A stretch of 57,854 nt of DNA, filler included, from Sphacelaria rigidula (lineage: Eukaryota), in assembly GCA_964200075.2 (NCBI GenBank). It is 7 parts of 7 records of this genome, joined end to end, with 100 filler letters (N's around TTAATTAATTAA, not from the genome) between each part and the next. Parts side by side here need not be neighbours in the genome. Positions count along the whole stretch, not along the records: positions 49,676 to 57,854 come from CAXNAA020012008.1; 6 more parts are not named here. One strand, given 5' to 3'. Below, one piece after another: positions 50,952 to 57,854 of this stretch. How positions within the stretch are numbered: the stretch's first letter is position 1; each line of letters begins with the position of its first letter. The translations under genes and the position numbers were made by a program. The notes beneath the pieces are model-generated. The model made no database searches, was not told the origin of the DNA, and worked only from the letters and a program-made list of their open reading frames with translations.

Positions 50952-53900
50952 TAGTGGTCGAAGCATACCAAGATCAGCGCTTCGATATTCTTGGCAGGAA
51001 GTGGAAGACGCCGTTCATGCCTGGAGATGGCCCAGAGTTCTGGTCCAAGGTACCCCCACGACAAGGCACACTGCGCCGAGATATTTGTTTGAGCGAATCT
51101 TGTCTCATTTTTCTTTTAGCGGGACTTCAGAGCTTTGATCTCGTTGTTTTTTGCCAGTTTAACATACGTGGGAGCTGCTCTGCATCTGCTTCAGCAAGGC
51201 ACGAGGTATCGCATATTGTGCTTGTTGTGGATGCAAAGCAGTTTTCCGGCACCCTTGTTTTGGTGTTGCTGTCTTCGTCCACGCTTGTGTTGACGTATCA
51301 CGAGTAGTCAATGTTTTTTTTCTATGCTGAAAAACTTGTGGTGTGGGCACTGTTTCCATGCGTCCTCACTTATATTCTGGGTGTCGTCTTGTGTTGAATG
51401 TAATAGAGGAACATGCAGCACCTTTGCTACAGTTGAAGTTGTAGCGGGTACAATTTCGTTTGTCTCACTCGCCCCTTGGTGCGTTGGTTGTTGGTTTTCT
51501 TGCCGTTTTTCTTGCTGCTTCTTCAATGTTCGTCTTGCAGGACTGGTCGCGCGGCGATACGTCGGAAGCACCGGAAACTCCGCTGGACTCCATAGCTCTG
51601 CCGGATAACGACGTAAGTTTCTGATCCATGTCATCCTTAGCCCCCCTCGACCGTGAACAAATGCAACACGAAAGCCTGTGCCAATAAGACATTGATGACA
51701 ATTTACATAATGATCGACGTCTTCACCATCAAGGGGTCGATGTGTTGGGCGAATTTACTCGTCCCTCTTCACCTCTTCCGGCAAGTCTTCACGAAGTATC
51801 GTGAGAAACATGGCGCAATAGTGCACAATTTTCCGTTGATGGTGACCTCAACCCAACCCGGTGTGCAGTACATGAGTACTCTTCTGAGCTGCGTTGTGGC
51901 TCCTCTAGTGGTCATTGTGTTGGTGAGTATATCCTCGTCAGGATACTTCGAGTACAGAACAGAAATACTGACAATACCAAGATCTGTGCCTTAGATACGG
52001 GCCATGTTGGGGACCACGCTTGAAGGTAGCCGGTTCATATTTACTGTTATTGAAGGCAAATGGTGGGACAAGTATTCGGTGAGTTGATGATGACGTAAGA
52101 GATATGTTGAGGCTAGGGCCAGGAACACGAGGCAAATGTCTTCGGCCGATTCGTCTTCTATCGTCTCTAGAAGGTACCGTCGAACCTGACAGTTCGAGAG
52201 TGGATGCGCAACGGAATACCGGAGACAGTGCTCAGGAGGTCCGATGGAATGTGAACATTGACGGACATAAGCTCGAACCTTTCAGGACGTGAACGATCAC
52301 TGTGTTCGAGTAGCCGTAATGTTCGGGAGCAAACCCCTCCTTTGATTGAATCTAGAACGACAACACTCAATGTTTGCAGCGCATCTGCCCTCACAAAAGT
52401 CCATTTTTGTGCTCTGGAAAACATGGGTAGGCGAGAACCGATTTTATATATCTCTGACGCGCGTCCGAACACCATTTCAAAACCTTGTTTAAAATTCATG
52501 GTTCCAACCAATGTTGTTTTTCTCTGAAAGGTTCGAAAGGCAAGGACTTGACCAACACGCGGGTTGTGCTGCTCGTAGTCGTGCCACCAAAGTTGAAGGC
52601 GATCTTGCGAGGATCGGGCATGAACGTAGCTTGGTAGTTGTGACCCACGATGTACCCTAAGGACATAACTCACAACCCTTGTGGGTGTCGTGTGAAGACT
52701 CTAGGTAATGACACTGTCCAGACGGCCAAAATGTGTGGATGGCGCACTCCAGGATGCTGATAAGGTTGCAGGAACCGCGCTTTCGTGATGACTCTCGCAA
52801 CGTGCCATGACAATTGACTCTTCGAACGATTTTTGGGTGTCTTGCTTGAACCGCCTTGTCTACGTTGTGTATGCCGAAGATTGATGTTTCGACGCTCGTT
52901 CCGAATGTTGCGATCATTCCGCGTTTGCTCTCTTTCATTTTTTCCTACCCTTCATGATGCAGAAGTGGGAGTGGAGGGACAACTGGCATGTGGATTTCTC
53001 GAAGGAGGTCGGGACACAGATCGACCCCTCTGGTTGGGAGTACGGGGTGGATTTCAATAAGTTCAACCTGACGACCAGCAGTCGCACGCACAGGTATATA
53101 TTCTCACTGTTACCAAATAGGTGGGGACATGTGTTTTGATGTCCTTGATGAAGCCTCTGTTTTGTTCAGCGTGTAACCCGAAACGGAGATTTTGAGGCGC
53201 GTACCAATTGCACGGCTCCCGCACGCTCCCTTTTTGGTGATTTAGCCCTTTTGTTCCTACACGAAGATAATAGCAAGCGCGTCGCCGATAGTCCGGGAAC
53301 GGATCGTATGCGTTGCCGTACTCGAGCCGTGATACCGTGATATCTCAACCCTCGGCCGTCGGGAAAATGCTGCTAATTGCGCGCACTCGTTATTGCAGTT
53401 CAATGCGCGATGCCAAGACCTTTTCATTTCTCGACTGTTGTCACGTTCGTCAATCTGCAGGGATTTGGATGCGGCACGGAGGCGCAAATGGATCCGAACC
53501 CGCGCGCCTAAGCCTCTCCCCCTGGACGACCCTTTCCGCGAGCTGTACGTAGCGTGGGAAGTCACCGCCACCCCGCAAGGGCGCCTGGAGGTAACCCAAG
53601 ATTATGATGACAGTATCGCTGACGCAAAGGACTCGTGGGTAGCAGTCGGGGGCACCCCAATGTAGGTGATATATATATCTGTACTGATACTCTACATTCC
53701 CCCAAGCAACATGTAGAATGGAGGTGCGATCTAATCCTTCCCCCCCCGGCGTCCTCCCGCACCGTGTCTTTTTGCCGTCCTGGTTTGTGCAGGCAACGCT
53801 CCGCTCCACCGTGCAGATCGTCAATGACACAGACCTCGCGCTGGACTTGCGAGCCCTGTGTTCTGCCTGGCCTGTCGACCCTTTCGATGCTCTCGACACC

Positions 53901-56900
53901 GCCTCCGGTACGTGGCAAGCTCCATCTACACACCATACGTGGTAGACAGCAGGGGAAACTGCGATTGATTCGCTTTGTGGGGATCCTGTTGTCCATAATC
54001 AAACGGGATTGCTCCTTTCACGTGCAGTCTGATCTGATATGACAAGACGGAAAGAATAGGTTCCCGCTTGGCAGAGATGCGGCCCGTGTAGTCTCTACGT
54101 CGTACTTTGTGTTGGCAAAATCCATGAAGTTGTCCCCGTTCTGCGCGCGAACGTGGGCATGATGCGTCACAATGTTCACGTGATCGACATCCTCGTTTGT
54201 GCTTCTCTTTGCTTGCTCTCCAATCGCAGGCACCGGGGGGCTGGGCACCCAACCAATGGGGTCCGTTGCTGCCGGTTCCACCCTGCATGTTCCAGTGAAA
54301 CTGGCGTATGCTAGCAAGTTTCAAGTCCGCCCGTTGCCCAACACGTCTGCAGGTACCTGTTGTCCCCGATTGCTTCCTAGAGTACGTTCCTGTGGTTTCT
54401 TCTCGAATTGTATTCCGGTGGTACGGGTTCGTTAGTTGTGCGTAGGCGAGAGCACGCGTTCGTCGAAACTTCCCAAGAAAAGCTTGCCTCGTTCGGGAAA
54501 AACCCCCGCCTCCCTACGTAAACGTTATGCAAACATACACCTGCTCGTAACTTGTCATGGTACCCGGGCGTGCTTGGTACATCTCCACACACTCCTTCAG
54601 GCGGTGAGGCATCGACGATGGATCTTGCGTGGAGTGAACCCGTACCCCTTCTGGCGAACCATGTGGACACCTCTCAAAACCATTGGGTGTCGTGCGCTCC
54701 CCGGGGTAGCGGCGATAGTGGATCGGGGCCCGTACGGTTGGTGGCCCACGCAGAGATTACCAAGACGCGGTGCCTGACGGTCACGGTGCTGCCGGCGGTG
54801 ACAATCGTGAACTGCCTGCCTTGCCCCCTTAGTTTCCGCGCTGTGCTGCCGCCGGAAAAGGCGGGAAATAGCAACGACGATTCAAGATCGGGGGGTGGAA
54901 GCGCTCGCTCCGTCCCCGTGTTGGAGTCGGGTGTCGTACCGACTGCGCAGGCGGTCAACCTGCACGCCCTAGAGGTCGGCGACGGAGCAAGGATATCGTT
55001 CAAGATCGCGCACCATGGGTGGAGTCCAGCGAGGGAATCTAGCGCTGTGTTGCCCTTGGGGCGCGAGGAACTGCGCAAGGGGCGATGGGCTCAGCAGCAG
55101 GTCGTGTTCAAGTTGCCCACAGGCAGCGGTGACGGCGGGTGCCTCCAACTCCGGTGCCAGTTCGAGCCGCGCGCCGGCTCAGCGTGCCCGGCGGTGCGTC
55201 TCTATGTGTATTGCACACATTGGCTGGTCGACCGTTCGGGTTTGTCGCTTGGATTCGGAGTCGGGGACAAGCGTCGCCTACCTGTGCCTCGGGTAAAAGC
55301 GTCAGCTGTGACCTCCGCCAATGCCGCTGAAGGCACCGCCGCCGCCGTCGCGAGGATCCAGCAGAACCGGTCCGTGCACCTTTCGCCTGTTTCAGATGTA
55401 TCGTGTGCGAGCAACAGAGGAGTCGCAGTGGCGACAGCGACCACGCGGAGCCTACTTTATGTCGACCGCGAGTATACGTTGAAGGCCGACTCCCTGCCTA
55501 GTCGGCTGCGGGGGGCGACCCTAATCCGTACCGCGTGCTCAGACAAAAACAACGACAACCAGTTCTTCATGCGGTTCAGGTCGGTCGAAGCGTCCACCGT
55601 GCATGTGCTGTTCGACCGCCGGTGCACGTCTCCGCCAAGCTGGCTGACTTCGAGCTATCGCGCTACCTCCATGAGAGCTCATGTGACCCACAAGACCACC
55701 AAGGGGAAAACCGCGGACAACCCCTTCGTTGTGTGGACGCGCAACTTCCCGGCCGGCGCTTGGGTCAACCTCGGGGGCAACAAAGCCCCGAAGGCAAGCA
55801 CGATGTATGTTGTTATCGTAACCGAGCAGGAGGTCGTGCCGGCCGATCTCGACGCTGCTGCTACGCGATCGTCACCGTCTTCAGCGGTGGCTGCTACGTC
55901 AACGCGCCGCAAGATCGCGTCCAGGGAAGATCTTGAGGAGTCGTGGACCCTCGGTACGGAGGGACTCACTTTGTGCAACGCAAATGATGACGAAATTCGG
56001 GTGGCGGTTGCAGAGGGCGCCGGTGCAGCAATCGGTAGTGGCGCCACTACCAGCGGAAGTGGTACGCAAGGCCGAGGGGGACACTATGGTGACGATGATT
56101 TCATGGGTTACACTCCAGATGCGTGGTCCGACGAACTGGCCGTTTCCAACGGCTCGAGTGGAGTGTTTCAGGTCGAAGGCACGCGCGGGGAAATGTACGA
56201 GCTGGCGTTGAGGGCGGAGACTTGCCCTGGGACGTTCCGGCGCACAATGCAAGTAACCGTGGTGCCCCGGTACTGCATCGTTAATCTACTAGACGGTGAT
56301 AACATCTGGCTCAAGCAACCGGGTGCGCCGGACTCGAGCGCGGTCGCGATACCTCCCGGAGGTAGGGTCCCGTGGCACTGGATGATGGAAAAAGGTAGCA
56401 GAGCTAGTCGTGGCGGCGTCAGGGTCCGCACGGAGGGCACGGCATGGAGCTATGGAGACGTGAAGATAGATCAAGTTGGCACGACGGCGTTGCACATCCC
56501 GTTCTTCGGCGAGACAGAGGATTTGGACGGGCAGTATAGGGGTCAGGCAGGCGGTCCTGCCATGCAGATGCCCGAGGCTGTCGAGGGAGGAGCGACAGCC
56601 GGCGGCGACAGCGGTAGGAGTGGGAGTACCGATGGGCGAGGTACGGAGGCAGGATGGTCTGGTGGCCGAACGCGGCTCGACAAGCTCAATGGAGAGCAGG
56701 CCGTGATACACGTCGACGTCAAGCTCGCCGACGACGTATTCACAGACGAGTACGCGGTGCTAGTGGTGTTCTGGAAGGCAAACAAGAATTTTGCGCCCAT
56801 CTACTCGGTCCGAAACACAAGCCCTGTGAATCTACGACTCTGCCAGGCCGTCAGCAGCGCGCAGGACCGCAGGAACCTCGCCGCCAAGGCCGTGTGGAAG

Positions 56901-57208
56901 ATGAAGCCAGGGGATCGTCGACAGATTGGATGGGCGTACCCGTCCGGCCCCCGCGTTTTGCTCCTCGCTGCTGGCACAGGCCCCAAGGCGGTCGAGCTGA
57001 ACTCTGACACGGTCGGAAACTACGCCAAGATTCCCACGGGGATGACGCCCGATGGCGACGGCCCGGGCAGCAAAAAAGGGCCTGCCACCGTTTGGGCAAG
57101 CGTTGTCGTCATGGGCGGGACAAAGGTGATCCGAGTCCGGAGGCAACCTCCGAAAGGTGCAGGTGGCGTCCGCCGATCTCCACCGCAGCAAGGGCAGCAT
57201 CATCAGAT

Positions 57209-57243
<35 letters not shown>

Positions 57244-57389
57244 CGGCGAACGTGCAGAAGGAGGCTGCGGCTAAGCTGAAAGAAGAAAGTGAAGCTCCGG
57301 CTATCGAGGTGTCGGTGGATATGGCCGGGTTTGGGTTGAGCCTTGTCGGGCCCATATCCGGCCGTCGTCGAGAGGTCCTCTACGCGCAG
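50952..57389 (+). CDS. VPS13: VPS13-family lipid transfer protein, partial (DysF domain plus VAB/SHR-binding repeats)
   Basis: Exons 50952-51049, 51541-51612, 52963-53093, 53461-53590, 53793-53907, 54230-54352 and 54601-57389 have consistent phases. DysF motifs: EAYQDQR..WKTPF, WEWRDNWHVD..GWEYG, RRRKWIRTR. VAB-like motifs: LRSTVQIVNDT, PAVTIVNCLPCPL, YCTHWLVDRSGL, RTMQVTVVPRYCIVN, PIYSVRNTS, AGFGLSLVG..RREVLYA. Confidence 0.88.
51630..52930 (-). mobile_element. Degenerate transposase remnant (possibly Mutator/MULE) in a VPS13 intron
   Basis: Antisense broken frames within intron 51613-52962 include VDKAVQARHPKIVRRVNC, YVHA..KIAFNFGGTTTSS (like the MULE FNFGxxTTSRxE motif) and a downstream Cys-rich SWIM-like trace; no TIR found. 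Confidence 0.4.
57210..57242 (+). repeat. Coding (CAG)11 polyglutamine tract
   Basis: Directly visible within the large VPS13 exon. Confidence 0.95.
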
Positions 57390-57854
57390 GTACAACTGAC
57401 ATGCTTTTGAGTTTTTTCACGATACCCCCCCCCCCCCCCCCCCCCCCCCACCCACCGCGCGACCACGCTCGCCCACCCACGCACCGCCTCACCTGCTTNN
57501 NNNNNNNNCGTGCTCCTTCACGTCCTATTACCACCCACATTTTTTTTCTTTTTTCCAAAACCCCCCCCCCCCCCCCCCCTCCAAAAAAAAAAAGCCCAAA
57601 GCTGTCACGAAGAATATGGTCATACAGCGCCTGATGTTTGATTGCAGGCTGCATGAAGCGCCTCATGTGGACGACGTTGGCGACAACGAACCCAAGCGTG
57701 GGAATCTTCAGCTGCTCGCTATGCTCGACTTTTTATATCTCGATTTGCGTGTAGATTTTGCCTGCCCAAACCAGCCACTTTTTTGGGGGGTGTACTCATG
57801 ATCATGCATGCCATATCTATCAGACCATTGACCTCGCATCCCTACAAAGCCGGG

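Overview
This is eukaryotic DNA, most likely from a brown alga or related stramenopile (inferred from the short exons, long introns and repeat content). It is not one locus. Seven unrelated contigs of about 8.18 kb (1-8180, 8281-16459, 16560-24738, 24839-33017, 33118-41296, 41397-49575, 49676-57854) are joined by artificial 100-nt N/TTAATTAATTAA/N spacers. Four partial spliced genes were rebuilt by hand with consistent intron phases: a protein-kinase N-lobe (contig 1), an unknown minus-strand gene with a probable GC-AG intron (contig 3), UTP21/WDR36 (contig 6, 10 exons), and a VPS13-family gene with a DysF domain and an inserted bacterial-like module (contig 7). The rest is mostly transposon debris: tRNA-derived SINEs, an RTE-like LINE endonuclease pseudogene, a possible LTR/gag remnant, a possible MULE remnant and many MITEs. 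The most notable observations are two unrelated TIR-element families carrying internal telomere-like (TTAGGG)n tracts, an apparent composite MITE-cargo-MITE insertion inside a SINE, a TTAA-linked piggyBac-like MITE array, and an AT-rich organelle-like insert. No CRISPR array, rRNA or intact tRNA gene was seen. Family assignments rest on motif recognition by eye; no database search was run.
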